64,000 bases of DNA, taken from positions 128,001-192,000 of the forward strand of contig CAWEYL010000003.1 of the NCBI GenBank assembly GCA_963813335.1, in the 5' to 3' direction. The notes beneath the pieces are model-generated. The model made no database searches. It worked only from the letters and a program-made list of their open reading frames with translations, and was not told where the DNA came from. Each line of letters begins with the position of its first letter. The stretch's first letter is position 1. Below, piece after piece: positions 10,666-20,164 of the stretch. A program made the position numbers and the translations under genes. Origin of the DNA: an uncultured Chloroflexia bacterium. Its GTDB lineage: Bacteria; Chloroflexota; Limnocylindria; Limnocylindrales; CSP1-4.

Positions 10666-10810
10666 CGGCGCTATCCAGTAGCCGGCATGACGACGGATCG
10701 GTCGCGGGCTCGACCGATGGACGCCGCTCCGGTCCGCACGTTACACGCACCGGCAAGGCGTCACATCTCGGCTGTTCGGGCCCGCGCCCGCGCGCTACCC
10801 TCGTTCCGCG

Positions 10811-12469
10811 ATGTCCACCCTGCTCGACCTTCTCGATCACGCGGTCACCCGCTATGGCGAGCGCGGCGCGCTCGCGCTGCGGCTTGACGACGGCTCGACG
10901 ACCGAGTGGACCTACCGCGAGCTCGCCCGGCGGGCGCGGATCGCCGCGTGGCGGCTCCGGGCGATGGACCTGGAGCCTGGCGACCGGATCCTGACCTGGT
11001 CGCCGTCGACGCCCGAGCTCCCGGCCGCCTACTACGGGGCGATGGCCGCGCGGCTGGTCCTCGTGCCGCTCGACCTGCGGATGTCGCCCGCCGCGGTGGA
11101 AGGGATCGTCGCGGCGTCGGGGGCCCGGCACCTCATCCTGGGCACGGGACGCGACGCGCCTGACCCGCGCGAGGCCGGCCTCGACCATTTCCCGACCACG
11201 ACCGTCGAGGCGCTCTGCGCCGAGCCGGCGCCCCACGACCCGGCCTTCCCGCCGGACTGGGAGTCGCGCCAGGCCGCATGGGCGCGCCCGGCCGCGGACG
11301 AGGTCTTCGAGCTCGTCTTCACGTCCGGCACCACCGGCACCCCCAAGGGCGTGACGTTGACCCACGACAACGTGGTCGCCTCGATCGAGTCGTTCCACCG
11401 GATCGTCCCGCCCATGGAGCACCGCCTGGTGTCGCTGCTCCCGCTCTCGCACCTGCTCGAGCAGGCCGTGGGGCTCTACTACGCGCTGGATGTCGGGGCC
11501 GACATCCTCTACGTGCGCAGCCGGAACCCGCGCGTCATCTTCGATGCGCTGCGCGACCAGCGCGTGACCTCGATGGTGGTGGTCCCGCAGGTCCTCGACC
11601 TGTTCTGGAGCGCCATCGAGCGCGAGGTCGCCAAGCGCGGCCGCACGGCGGCCTTCGACCGGCTCCGCTGGATCGCGCGCCACCTGCCGATGCGGTTGCG
11701 CCCGCGGCTGTTCGGTGCCATCCACGGGCAGCTCGGCGGGCATTTCCGCCTGTTCCTCTCGTCCGGGGCGTTCCTGCCGCCGTCGCTGCAGCAGGCGTGG
11801 GAGGACATCGGCGTCACGGTCCTGCAGGGCTACGGCGCGACCGAGACCGGGACCGGGACGTGCACGACGCTCGCCGACCACGGGCCGGGGACCGTCGGGC
11901 GCGCGCCCGCGGGGATCGAGATGCGCCTCGCACCCGACGGGGAGATCCAGTTCCGCGGCCGGACCGTGTTCGACGGCTATTGGCAGAACCCCGAGGCCAC
12001 CACGGCCGCGTTCACCGACGACGGCTGGTATCGCACCGGGGACGTCGGCCACCTCGACCCGGACGGCCGGCTCATCCTGTCGGGCCGGAGCCGCGACATG
12101 ATCGTGCTGCCGAACGGGTTCAACGTGTATCCGGAGGACATCGAGAACGCCCTGCGCATCGCCGGGATCCGCGACGCGATCGCGGTCGAGACGAGACCCG
12201 GCCGGATCGAGGCGATCGTCCTGACCGGCAGCGCCAGCCCGCTGCCGGGCGCCGCAAGCGCGTCCGGCGGGGTGCACCCCGACCACCCTGCCGAGATCCG
12301 GGCAAGCATCGACGCGGCGGTGAAGGCGGCGAACGCGACGCTCGGCCCGAACCAGCGGATCGTGGGCTGGCGGCTCTGGCCGGAGGACGACTTCCCGCGA
12401 ACGCACACCCTCAAGATCAAGCGCGGACCGATCCAGGCCTGGGCCGCGGTCGAGGGCGAGCGCGCCTGA
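10811..12469 (+). CDS. AMP-dependent ligase, long-chain acyl-CoA synthetase-like
   Basis: FTSGTTGTPKGV, QGYGATE and GWYRTGD motifs. Confidence 0.88.
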   Translation: MSTLLDLLDHAVTRYGERGALALRLDDGSTTEWTYRELARRARIAAWRLRAMDLEPGDRILTWSPSTPELPAAYYGAMAARLVLVPLDLRMSPAAVEGIVAASGARHLILGTGRDAPDPREAGLDHFPTTTVEALCAEPAPHDPAFPPDWESRQAAWARPAADEVFELVFTSGTTGTPKGVTLTHDNVVASIESFHRIVPPMEHRLVSLLPLSHLLEQAVGLYYALDVGADILYVRSRNPRVIFDALRDQRVTSMVVVPQVLDLFWSAIEREVAKRGRTAAFDRLRWIARHLPMRLRPRLFGAIHGQLGGHFRLFLSSGAFLPPSLQQAWEDIGVTVLQGYGATETGTGTCTTLADHGPGTVGRAPAGIEMRLAPDGEIQFRGRTVFDGYWQNPEATTAAFTDDGWYRTGDVGHLDPDGRLILSGRSRDMIVLPNGFNVYPEDIENALRIAGIRDAIAVETRPGRIEAIVLTGSASPLPGAASASGGVHPDHPAEIRASIDAAVKAANATLGPNQRIVGWRLWPEDDFPRTHTLKIKRGPIQAWAAVEGERA

Positions 12470-12479
12470 GGGCGAGGGA

Positions 12480-13022
12480 CTAGTTGCCGACCGGGTACGG
12501 GATGCCGATGGTCTCGAGCGCGGCCTGGACGTCCGGTGCGGACGGATCGGTCGAGGCGCCGGGCAGCCAGTCGTAGACGATGACCGTCGTGCCGACGCCG
12601 CGGATCACGTGGACCGTGCCGAGCGGGGTCTGGACGCGGCCGGGGCCGGTCTCCAAGTACAGCCGCTGTTCCGCGGCGGCCTCGGCCGCTCGCGACGTAT
12701 CGCGCAGCTCATAGACGACGATGTAGCCGTGGGTCGGGTCGGCCGGGAGGGCCGCCTGGTAGACGGCCCGTGGCGCGTTGGCCAGGATCGGGCCCTCGGC
12801 CGGCCGGTACGGGACCTGCGAGTCGAGGAGCTGGATCTGGTGCTGGGCGAGCGCGGCCGCGATCTCGGCGCGGGTCTGGCCGACGGCGGGACTGACGTCG
12901 AGGTTCGGCGCCGTGGACGGCGGCGGGTAGGTGGTCGTGCCGCCCGTGCTCGGGGCCGCGCAGGCGGCGGCCGCCACCGCGAGGCATGCGGCGAGGACGA
13001 TCGCGCGAGCGCGGCTCGTCAT
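12480..13022 (-). CDS. Putative lipoprotein
   Basis: Signal peptide ending AAAC; ATGA overlap with the HIT gene stop. Confidence 0.7.
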   Translation of the reverse strand: MTSRARAIVLAACLAVAAAACAAPSTGGTTTYPPPSTAPNLDVSPAVGQTRAEIAAALAQHQIQLLDSQVPYRPAEGPILANAPRAVYQAALPADPTHGYIVVYELRDTSRAAEAAAEQRLYLETGPGRVQTPLGTVHVIRGVGTTVIVYDWLPGASTDPSAPDVQAALETIGIPYPVGN

Positions 13023-13366
13023 CCCGGCGGCCATTCGAAGGGGCGGCCGCCCATCAGGTGGAGGTGCAGGTGGTCGACCGTCTGGCCGCCCCACCGTCCG
13101 ACGTTCGTCACCAGCCGATAGCCCGAGTCGGCGATGCCCTGCTCCCGGGCGACGGCGGCCGCGACCGCGAACAGCCGACCCAGCAGCGGGCCGTCCGCCT
13201 CGGTCAGGTCTGCCGCCGACGCGATGTGCTCGCGGGGGATCACCAGGATGTGCGTCGGGGCGCGCGGCGCGACGTCGCGGAACGCGATCACGTGCTCGTC
13301 CTCGTGGACGCGCGTGGACGGGATCTCGTCAGCGACGATCCGGCAGAACAGGCACGCGTCGGGCAC
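13019..13366 (-). CDS. Histidine triad nucleotide-binding protein (HinT-like)
   Basis: CLFCRI and GQTVDHLHLHLMGGR..WPPG. Confidence 0.93.
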   Translation of the reverse strand: MPDACLFCRIVADEIPSTRVHEDEHVIAFRDVAPRAPTHILVIPREHIASAADLTEADGPLLGRLFAVAAAVAREQGIADSGYRLVTNVGRWGGQTVDHLHLHLMGGRPFEWPPG

Positions 13367-13383
13367 GGCTCCTCCTTGCTCGC

Positions 13384-13842
13384 TCACCACAGTATCGGCT
13401 TGGAGCTCATCAGGAAGCCGATCGTGCCGACGAGGCCGGCCATCAGGTACGACACGTAGCGCTGCCGGCGGGCGCGGTCCTTCCAGACCTCGTCGTCCGC
13501 CGCGGCCGTCACGCCGACCAGCCGCCGGAGGTTCGGTCGCTGGACGAAGAACGCGATGGCCAGGTTCGCGAAGTAGATCGTGAGCGCCAGCAGCAGCCAC
13601 GGCTGCTGGAGCATCGTCGAGCCGAGGACGGCGACGAGCCCGAGCCCGGTCAGCGCCAGCCCGAGCCCGATGACGAGCGTGCCATGGCTCTGGCCCCAGA
13701 GCAGGACGTGCACCACCCGGTTGTCCGAGTCGACGGTCGCGCGCCGCGTCCGCAGCGCGAACGGCAGCAGGATCGACGGCAGGAACAGGCTGATCGCGAG
13801 CGTGATGTGCGTCACGAGCAGGATCGGGAAGAGGTTCGGCAT
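13384..13842 (-). CDS. Membrane protein (4 TM, DUF2269-like)
   Basis: Four hydrophobic segments and C-terminal LMSSKP; TACAAT lies 8 nt upstream of the ATG. Confidence 0.65.
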   Translation of the reverse strand: MPNLFPILLVTHITLAISLFLPSILLPFALRTRRATVDSDNRVVHVLLWGQSHGTLVIGLGLALTGLGLVAVLGSTMLQQPWLLLALTIYFANLAIAFFVQRPNLRRLVGVTAAADDEVWKDRARRQRYVSYLMAGLVGTIGFLMSSKPILW

Positions 13843-13870
13843 GGAGCGCGATTGTAGGGTGGCGGACCGC

Positions 13871-14821
13871 TCAGGCCGGTCGGTGCGCCTCCAGCGCGAC
13901 CCAGTCACCTTCGTCGAGACGGCGGTCGACGACCAGCCCCGCCGCCTCGAAGGCGGCGCGGACCTCGGCCTCGCGGTCGATGAAGATCCCCGACGCGACG
14001 AGGATCCCGCCGGGCCGCAGCTCGTCGTGCAGCGGCGCGGCCAGCGGCACGAGCACGCCGGCGATCAGGTTGGCCACGACGACGTCGAACGCCGGTTCGC
14101 CGCTCGGCAGGCTGCCCACGCGAGCGCGGATCCGCCGCGCGATGCCGTTCCGCTTCGCGTTGGCCGCGGTGGCCTCGATCGCGATCGGGTCGATGTCGAC
14201 GCCGACGGCCCGTGCCGCCCCGAGCCGGATCGCCGCGATGGCCAGGATCCCGGAGCCGCACCCGACATCGAGGACGCGGGCGCCGCCGAGGGCCGTGCCG
14301 CGGTCGGCGACCGCCTCGAGTGCCGCGAGGCACAGCCGCGTCGTCGGGTGGAGCCCGGTCCCGAACGCCATCCCCGGGTCCAGCGCGAGCACGAGCTCGT
14401 CCGCCACGGCCTTGTGGCGTCGCCAGGTCGGGCGGATGACCAGTCGCCGACCGACGCGCAGCACCGGGAAGTACGCCTTCCAGGCATTAGCCCAGTCGGC
14501 CTCGTGGACGATCCGCGTGCGGAGCTCGCCGATGGGCCGCAGCCCGAACGCCTGGAGGTGGCCGAGCGCGTCGGCGATCGACGCCGCCTGGGCCTCGGCC
14601 GCCGCGGGGTCACGGGCCGGGAGATAGGCGCGGATCGTGGCCGGTCGGGTCGGGTCGATCCGCGCGCCGAGGCCCTCCTCGACGAGCTCGAAGGCGGGCT
14701 CCACGGCCACGCCGCCGGGTGCCGCCCGTCCCAGGATCTCGCTGATCGCCTCGACCGCCTCGACGTCCGCCTCGACCGAGAGCTCGAGCCAGGCGCCCTG
14801 TCCGTCCGCCGCCGCGCTCAC
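13871..14821 (-). CDS. prmA: Ribosomal protein L11 methyltransferase
   Basis: DPGMAFGTGLHPTT and VLDVGCGSGILAI; follows dnaJ. Confidence 0.95.
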   Translation of the reverse strand: MSAAADGQGAWLELSVEADVEAVEAISEILGRAAPGGVAVEPAFELVEEGLGARIDPTRPATIRAYLPARDPAAAEAQAASIADALGHLQAFGLRPIGELRTRIVHEADWANAWKAYFPVLRVGRRLVIRPTWRRHKAVADELVLALDPGMAFGTGLHPTTRLCLAALEAVADRGTALGGARVLDVGCGSGILAIAAIRLGAARAVGVDIDPIAIEATAANAKRNGIARRIRARVGSLPSGEPAFDVVVANLIAGVLVPLAAPLHDELRPGGILVASGIFIDREAEVRAAFEAAGLVVDRRLDEGDWVALEAHRPA

Positions 14822-15930
14822 CCCAGCCCGAGCTTCTCGCGGATGCCGCCGGCGCCGTGGACCTCTTCCCCGCCCTCGGCGGCCAGCTCGGTCAGCAGCT
14901 CGCGCTGGCGTTTCGTGAGCTTCGTCGGCACGACCACGTCGACGAGCACGTGGAGGTCGCCCTTCGAGCCCGCCCGACGGAGATGGGCGACGCCCTTGCC
15001 GCGGAGGCGGATCTCCGTGTCGGGCTGGGTGCCCGGCTTGATCTCGACCTCCTCCTCGCCGTCGACGGTCGGGACCTTGATCTTCGTCCCGAGGGCGGCC
15101 TGGGCGATCGTCACGGTCGCCTCGAAGTAGAGCTCGGTGCCGTCGCGCTTGAGGGTCGGGTGCTCGGCGACATGGACGGCGACGTAGAGGCTGCCGGGCG
15201 GCCCGCCACGCGGCCCCACCTCACCCTCGCCCGAGAGGCGGATCTGGTGGCCCTCGTCGATGCCGGCGGGGATCGTGACGCGCAGCGTCCGCTTGCGCTC
15301 GGTGCGGCCGTCGCCCTTGCACGTCTCGCATGGCGTCTCGACGATCTTGCCTTCGCCGCGACAGCGCGGGCACGCCGCCACGTTGACCATCTGGCCGAGC
15401 ATCGTCTGGCGGACGCTGCGGACCTCGCCGCGGCCGTTGCACTGCGGACAGGTCGCCGCCTCGGTGCCCTCCTTCGCGCCCGTGCCATGGCAGGTCTCGC
15501 AGGACTGGAGGGCGCGGAACTCGATCTCGCGCTCGACGCCCCTGACCGCCTCCTCGAAGGTGATCCGCAGGTCGTAGCGCAGGTCCGCGCCGGGCTGCGG
15601 GCGTCCGCGCCGGGCCGCGCCGGCCGCCTGCCCGCCACCGAAGAACGCGTCGAAGATGTCGGAGAAGCCGCCGAAGCCCTCGAAGCCGGGCCCTGGACCG
15701 CCGCCGACGCCCGCCTTGCCGAAGGTGTCGTAGCGCTGGCGCTGTTCCGGGTCGGACAGGACCTGGTAGGCCTCGTTGATCTCCTTGAAGCGCTCGTGTG
15801 CCGCCGGGTCCTGGCTGACGTCCGGGTGCCACTGCTGGGCGAGCTTGCGGAAGGCGCGCTTGATCTCGGCGTCGGACGCGTTGCGCGCGACGCCGAGGAG
15901 GGCGTAGTAGTCCTGTTCGGTGGTGGCCAT
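14818..15930 (-). CDS. dnaJ: Chaperone DnaJ
   Basis: J domain with HPD, G/F-rich region and four CxxCxGxG repeats. Confidence 0.97.
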   Translation of the reverse strand: MATTEQDYYALLGVARNASDAEIKRAFRKLAQQWHPDVSQDPAAHERFKEINEAYQVLSDPEQRQRYDTFGKAGVGGGPGPGFEGFGGFSDIFDAFFGGGQAAGAARRGRPQPGADLRYDLRITFEEAVRGVEREIEFRALQSCETCHGTGAKEGTEAATCPQCNGRGEVRSVRQTMLGQMVNVAACPRCRGEGKIVETPCETCKGDGRTERKRTLRVTIPAGIDEGHQIRLSGEGEVGPRGGPPGSLYVAVHVAEHPTLKRDGTELYFEATVTIAQAALGTKIKVPTVDGEEEVEIKPGTQPDTEIRLRGKGVAHLRRAGSKGDLHVLVDVVVPTKLTKRQRELLTELAAEGGEEVHGAGGIREKLGLG

Positions 15931-16022
15931 CGAGCGCCAAGGATACGGGAGGTCGCGGTCGCGCCCCGGACGGTCCGGTCGGCGCGCTACGCTGCGCGGG
16001 TCGACCGCCCGCCGGAGGACCG

Positions 16023-16853
16023 ATGACCGAGGCGCCCCGCCTGTCCGTCGCCATCACCGTCGACCACGACGCCATGTCCGATTCGATCCGCCGCGGCGAC
16101 CCGCCGGTGAAGCTGAGCCACGCCGAGTTCGGGCCGCGCGTGGGGTCGAAGCGGCTGCTCGAGCTGTTCGCTCGGCGCGGCATCCCGACGACGTGGTTCG
16201 TGCCCGGCCACACGCTGACGACCTTCACCGATGACACCGAGGCGCTGGTGGCCGGCGGCCACGAGATCGCCTGCCACGGCTGGTTCCACGAGGACTTCGC
16301 GACGCTCGCGAGCGACGAGGCGACCGAGATCCTGGAGCGCGGGGTCGAGGCGGTCTGGGCCGTGACGGGCGCGGCGCCGGCCGGGTTCCGGGCGCCGTAC
16401 TGGTCGATGGGGGCGAGGACGGCCGAGCTGGTCGAGCGGGCCGGGTTCGCCTACGACAGCTCGCTGATGGCCGGCGACTACGCGCCGTACCGCGTACGTC
16501 ACGGCGACCGGCACTCCCCGGCAGACGGGAGCTCTTGGGGCCGGCCCGGTTCGCTGGTCGAGGTGCCGGTCTACTGGGCGATGGACGACTGGCCGCACTT
16601 CGAGCCGCGCGAGGGCGGCGGCGGGCTGTCGGCGCCGTCGGCGGTGCTGGAGATCTGGACCGAGGAGCTGCGCTACGCCTCGGAGCACGCGCCCGGCGGC
16701 CTGGTCATGGTGACGGTGCATCCCGAGTGCATCGGGCGCGGCCACCGGATGGCCATGCTGGAGCGCTTCATCGACGCGGCCGAGGCGATCCCGGGCGCGA
16801 CCTTCGAACGGCTGGATGCCGTCGTCAGCCGGTGGTCGGCCGCGAATCCGTGA
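16023..16853 (+). CDS. Polysaccharide deacetylase (PgdA/PuuE-like)
   Basis: TVDHD, TWFVPG, HEIACHGWFHE, GFRAP and YDSS motifs. Confidence 0.87.
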   Translation: MTEAPRLSVAITVDHDAMSDSIRRGDPPVKLSHAEFGPRVGSKRLLELFARRGIPTTWFVPGHTLTTFTDDTEALVAGGHEIACHGWFHEDFATLASDEATEILERGVEAVWAVTGAAPAGFRAPYWSMGARTAELVERAGFAYDSSLMAGDYAPYRVRHGDRHSPADGSSWGRPGSLVEVPVYWAMDDWPHFEPREGGGGLSAPSAVLEIWTEELRYASEHAPGGLVMVTVHPECIGRGHRMAMLERFIDAAEAIPGATFERLDAVVSRWSAANP

Positions 16854-17413
16854 CCGCGGGTCGGACGCGGTCGGGCTTCCTGCTGACGATCGTGGCCGGC
16901 CTGTTGGCAGCCTGTACGTCCGTGACGCCCACGCTGCGTCCGACGCCTCTGCCGTCGATCGCGTCCGCCAGCCCCGCGGCCGTCGGCGTTCCCGTCTCGG
17001 TGCGGTTCGCCGGCAAGATCAACTGTGCGACATTTCCGTATTCCTGCTCCGGGATCCTGAGCGTGCTTGAGCCTGGCGTCGCGGTCGACGAGACCTGGCG
17101 GCCGCCGGCGTCCGACGTCAGGTGGCTCCCCAGGTCCGGCGGATACGACAAGGACACGGACCACCTCGACCCGACCGCGGTCGGTGCCGTTCCGACCCTG
17201 GCGGTCGGGACCCATCAGGTCGTCATCTCGCTCCTCGGATCGTCCGACGCGATCTCCTTCGCGCCGGATGGCACGATCGCCACCGACCTGCTTTCCCGCT
17301 GCTCCGCCGACGTGGATGTCACGCCGTCCACCAGTCAGGTCTCGATCCTGGTCACCTTCACGCCCGACGGGCAGACCTACGGCGGGACCTGCACCGTCAA
17401 GGTCGAACCTTGA
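16850..17413 (+). CDS. Putative lipoprotein
   Basis: GTGA overlap with the upstream stop; lipobox LAAC. Confidence 0.65.
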   Translation: MTAGRTRSGFLLTIVAGLLAACTSVTPTLRPTPLPSIASASPAAVGVPVSVRFAGKINCATFPYSCSGILSVLEPGVAVDETWRPPASDVRWLPRSGGYDKDTDHLDPTAVGAVPTLAVGTHQVVISLLGSSDAISFAPDGTIATDLLSRCSADVDVTPSTSQVSILVTFTPDGQTYGGTCTVKVEP

Positions 17414-17414
17414 G

Positions 17415-17972
17415 CTAGCTCGGGCATTCGAAGACGGTCCCGGTCACGTCCATCGTGCCCTTGAGATGGATGACGCCGTCCGTGCCGGTCACGTCGTTGT
17501 CGAGCGTCCAGCCGCACGGGAGCTGCGTCCCGCTGGCGTCCTTCATGTGCACCTGCGCGCCCGTGCCCTTGTACGAGCCCGACTTGAGCTCCGGTGCGCC
17601 ACTCGTGAACGTGATCGTCCCGTCGGCGAGGACCGAGATGCTGCCGAACGTCCCCTTGTCCGAATTCAAGGTGACGCCGCCGGTGCCGATATCCGCGGCG
17701 TTCCCCGGCTGCCAGGTCCAGGTCGCGTCGTAGAGTCCGGAGCTGACCAGGCTGCCGGTGACGTTGGTCCCGCCCGGCGAGCCAGCGCCGCCACTGTCCA
17801 CCGATGCGCCTGCACCCCCGGCTCCCGCGCCAGCGCCCGCGTCGGACGCCGTCGGGCCGCCACCGGCCCCGGCGGACGGACTCGAGGCATTGCCGCATGC
17901 GGCAAGCCCGAGCGCAACGGCAAGGAGGATGGGGGCGGATCTCCAAGCCGAAGGACTGACCGACTGGTGCAT
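17415..17972 (-). CDS. Putative lipoprotein
   Basis: Lipobox LAAC, G/A/S-rich linker and a beta-rich domain. Confidence 0.7.
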   Translation of the reverse strand: MHQSVSPSAWRSAPILLAVALGLAACGNASSPSAGAGGGPTASDAGAGAGAGGAGASVDSGGAGSPGGTNVTGSLVSSGLYDATWTWQPGNAADIGTGGVTLNSDKGTFGSISVLADGTITFTSGAPELKSGSYKGTGAQVHMKDASGTQLPCGWTLDNDVTGTDGVIHLKGTMDVTGTVFECPS

Positions 17973-18086
17973 CTCAGGCCCTCCCGGCTCGCGGGGGGCT
18001 CAGCGCAGTGGTGAGACCACGCCGCGGCCGCGAATCCTAGGCTTGCCGGGTCTCGCGGTCAACGAGGTCAGTGCGGCAATCCCAGC

Positions 18087-18695
18087 ATGGGAATGAGCGG
18101 GTGCCCCTCGCCAGGAGCAGGAGTTTCGTCGCGACCAGCAGGTCGGCTCTCTACGATGTGGGACGTGGCAACGACGTACCGCTACCTTGCCGTGGGGTAT
18201 GAGGACGCGAGTATCCGGTCCTGGTTCGCGAACCTCGGTGCTGCCCCGTTCGTGGTCGACGCTGGGCGAGGCGCGTGGCTGCACTTTCGCGAGCTCGGTC
18301 CGCTTCTTCAGGACGACACGGGCAGCGTGGATGTCGAGGGGTCGCCCTTGGTCTCGCTCTTCTCGGCGATGGAGAGGCGTGGAGTCGTGTGGGCGGCCGG
18401 TGAAGTCCATTTCCTGACAAAGGGGCTTCCCCGTGCCTTTCCCGCCCTGGAGCGGGTGCGGCTCCAGTTCGAACGATGGATCCGATCGTTCGACCTCGTT
18501 TCGGATGGGAGACCTGGCGAATGGGATTACTTCCTGGAGGGCTCCCTACGCAATCACAGCGGGCCTATCTATGCCCTTCCTGATGCGATGGCCGCGCTTC
18601 GCGAAGGCATGTACTTCGTCTCGGAGGGCGATGGCGATGAGGTCCTCGATGTGCTTTGTCGCTCGCTGTCATTGCGAGGCATGGTCTGCAAGTAG
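18087..18695 (+). CDS. Hypothetical protein (start uncertain, possibly near 18156)
   Basis: Protein-like composition; visibly more A/T-rich than neighbouring genes. Confidence 0.6.
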   Translation: MGMSGCPSPGAGVSSRPAGRLSTMWDVATTYRYLAVGYEDASIRSWFANLGAAPFVVDAGRGAWLHFRELGPLLQDDTGSVDVEGSPLVSLFSAMERRGVVWAAGEVHFLTKGLPRAFPALERVRLQFERWIRSFDLVSDGRPGEWDYFLEGSLRNHSGPIYALPDAMAALREGMYFVSEGDGDEVLDVLCRSLSLRGMVCK

Positions 18696-19367
18696 TCGCG
18701 CTCGGCCGAGAACCGCGTCGAACATCGACGGCGTGAGCCTCCCGGTGAAGGTGTTCTGCTGGCTTGGGTGGTAGGAGGCGAGCAGCGCGTACGGGCCGAC
18801 CCGAGCCTCCGCCATGTGACCGAACCTTGGCCGCGGCGCGACGACATGCCCCAGCTCCGCGAACGCTCGGATCGCCGCGTCCCAACCGAACTGGCCGAGC
18901 GCCACCACCACCCTCACCGACTCGAGCAGCGCCAGCTCGCGGACCAGGAACGGCGAGCAGGCGTCACGCTCGTCGGGCGTCGGCTTGTTGGCCGGCGGCG
19001 CGCAGCGGACGGCCGCGGCGATGTAGACATCGGTCAGCGTCAGCCCGTCGTCCGCGTGCCGGCTCGACGGCCGGTCCGCCAACCCCGACTCGAACAGCCG
19101 CGCCCACAGGAAGTCGCCCGACGCATCGCCCGTGAACACCCGCCCCGTCCGGTTGCCGCCGTGCGCCGCGGGCGCCAGCCCCAGCAGCAGGATCCGCGCG
19201 TCCGGATCGCCGAACCCGGGCAGCGGCCGGCCCCAGTACGTCTCGTCGCGGAACCGCGCGACCTTCTCGGCCGCGACCCGCTCGCGCCATTCGACCAGCC
19301 GCGGACAGCGCCGGCACGCGACGATCTCGCCGGACAGCGCCGCGAGGGCCGCCCGGTCGGTGCTCAC
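18669..19367 (-). CDS. Uracil-DNA glycosylase family 5 (UdgB-like)
   Basis: CRRCPRL, GLAPAAHGGNRTGRVFTGD and YHPSQQNT. Confidence 0.93.
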   Translation of the reverse strand: MSTDRAALAALSGEIVACRRCPRLVEWRERVAAEKVARFRDETYWGRPLPGFGDPDARILLLGLAPAAHGGNRTGRVFTGDASGDFLWARLFESGLADRPSSRHADDGLTLTDVYIAAAVRCAPPANKPTPDERDACSPFLVRELALLESVRVVVALGQFGWDAAIRAFAELGHVVAPRPRFGHMAEARVGPYALLASYHPSQQNTFTGRLTPSMFDAVLGRARLLADHASQ

Positions 19368-20164
19368 TTGAGCAGCAGCTTGTCGAGCCGCCGTGAGGTC
19401 ACCGCCAGGCCGACCAGCCCCATCACGCTCAGGTATGCCACGTGGACCAGCAGGACCGGGCTGATGGCCCCGACCGTCAGCGACCGGATGAGGTCGACGC
19501 CCTGGTACAGCGGCGTCAGGCGGACGAATACCTGCAGGCCGGGCGGATAGGTCTCGATCGGGTAGAACGTCGCCGAGAACAGGAACATCGGCAGGATCAC
19601 CAGCTGGATCAGGTCGAAGTCCTGCCATGTCTTCATGAACGAGGTGGCGGCCATGCCGACCGCGCCGAACGCGAACCCGACGAGCAACGCCGCGGGGCCG
19701 GCGAGGATCACCCACGGCGAGACGACCAGCCCGAGCAGCGCCATCACGACCATGAACCCGATCGCGTACAGCCCGCCACGGATGAGCGCCCAGCCCAGCT
19801 CGCCGGTCGCGACATCGCCCGGCGACAGCGGCGTCGCGAGGATCGACGTGAAGGTCTTGTTGTAGTTGAGTTTGAAGAAGAAGTTGAACGTGCTCTCGGC
19901 GATCGCGCCGTTCATCGCGGCCGTGGCAAGCAGCGCCGGTGCCACGAAGAGCTGGTAGCTGATCGGCTGGCCATCGGGCCCCGGCACGGTCCCGATGAGC
20001 GCCCCGAGCCCGAACCCGATGCTGAGCAGGTAGAACAGCGGCTCGAAGAACCCCGAGAAGATGACCATCCAGCCGTGCCGGTAGACGTAGAGGTTGCGCT
20101 CGATCAGGCGCAGCGAGCGGCGGCTGCCGATGAGGAAGGTCGAGGTGATCGGGAGCGCCGTCAC
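19364..20164 (-). CDS. ABC-2 transporter permease (NodJ-like)
   Basis: EPLFYLLSIGFGLG, FVAPALLA and PMFLFSATFYP. Confidence 0.9.
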   Translation of the reverse strand: MTALPITSTFLIGSRRSLRLIERNLYVYRHGWMVIFSGFFEPLFYLLSIGFGLGALIGTVPGPDGQPISYQLFVAPALLATAAMNGAIAESTFNFFFKLNYNKTFTSILATPLSPGDVATGELGWALIRGGLYAIGFMVVMALLGLVVSPWVILAGPAALLVGFAFGAVGMAATSFMKTWQDFDLIQLVILPMFLFSATFYPIETYPPGLQVFVRLTPLYQGVDLIRSLTVGAISPVLLVHVAYLSVMGLVGLAVTSRRLDKLLLK

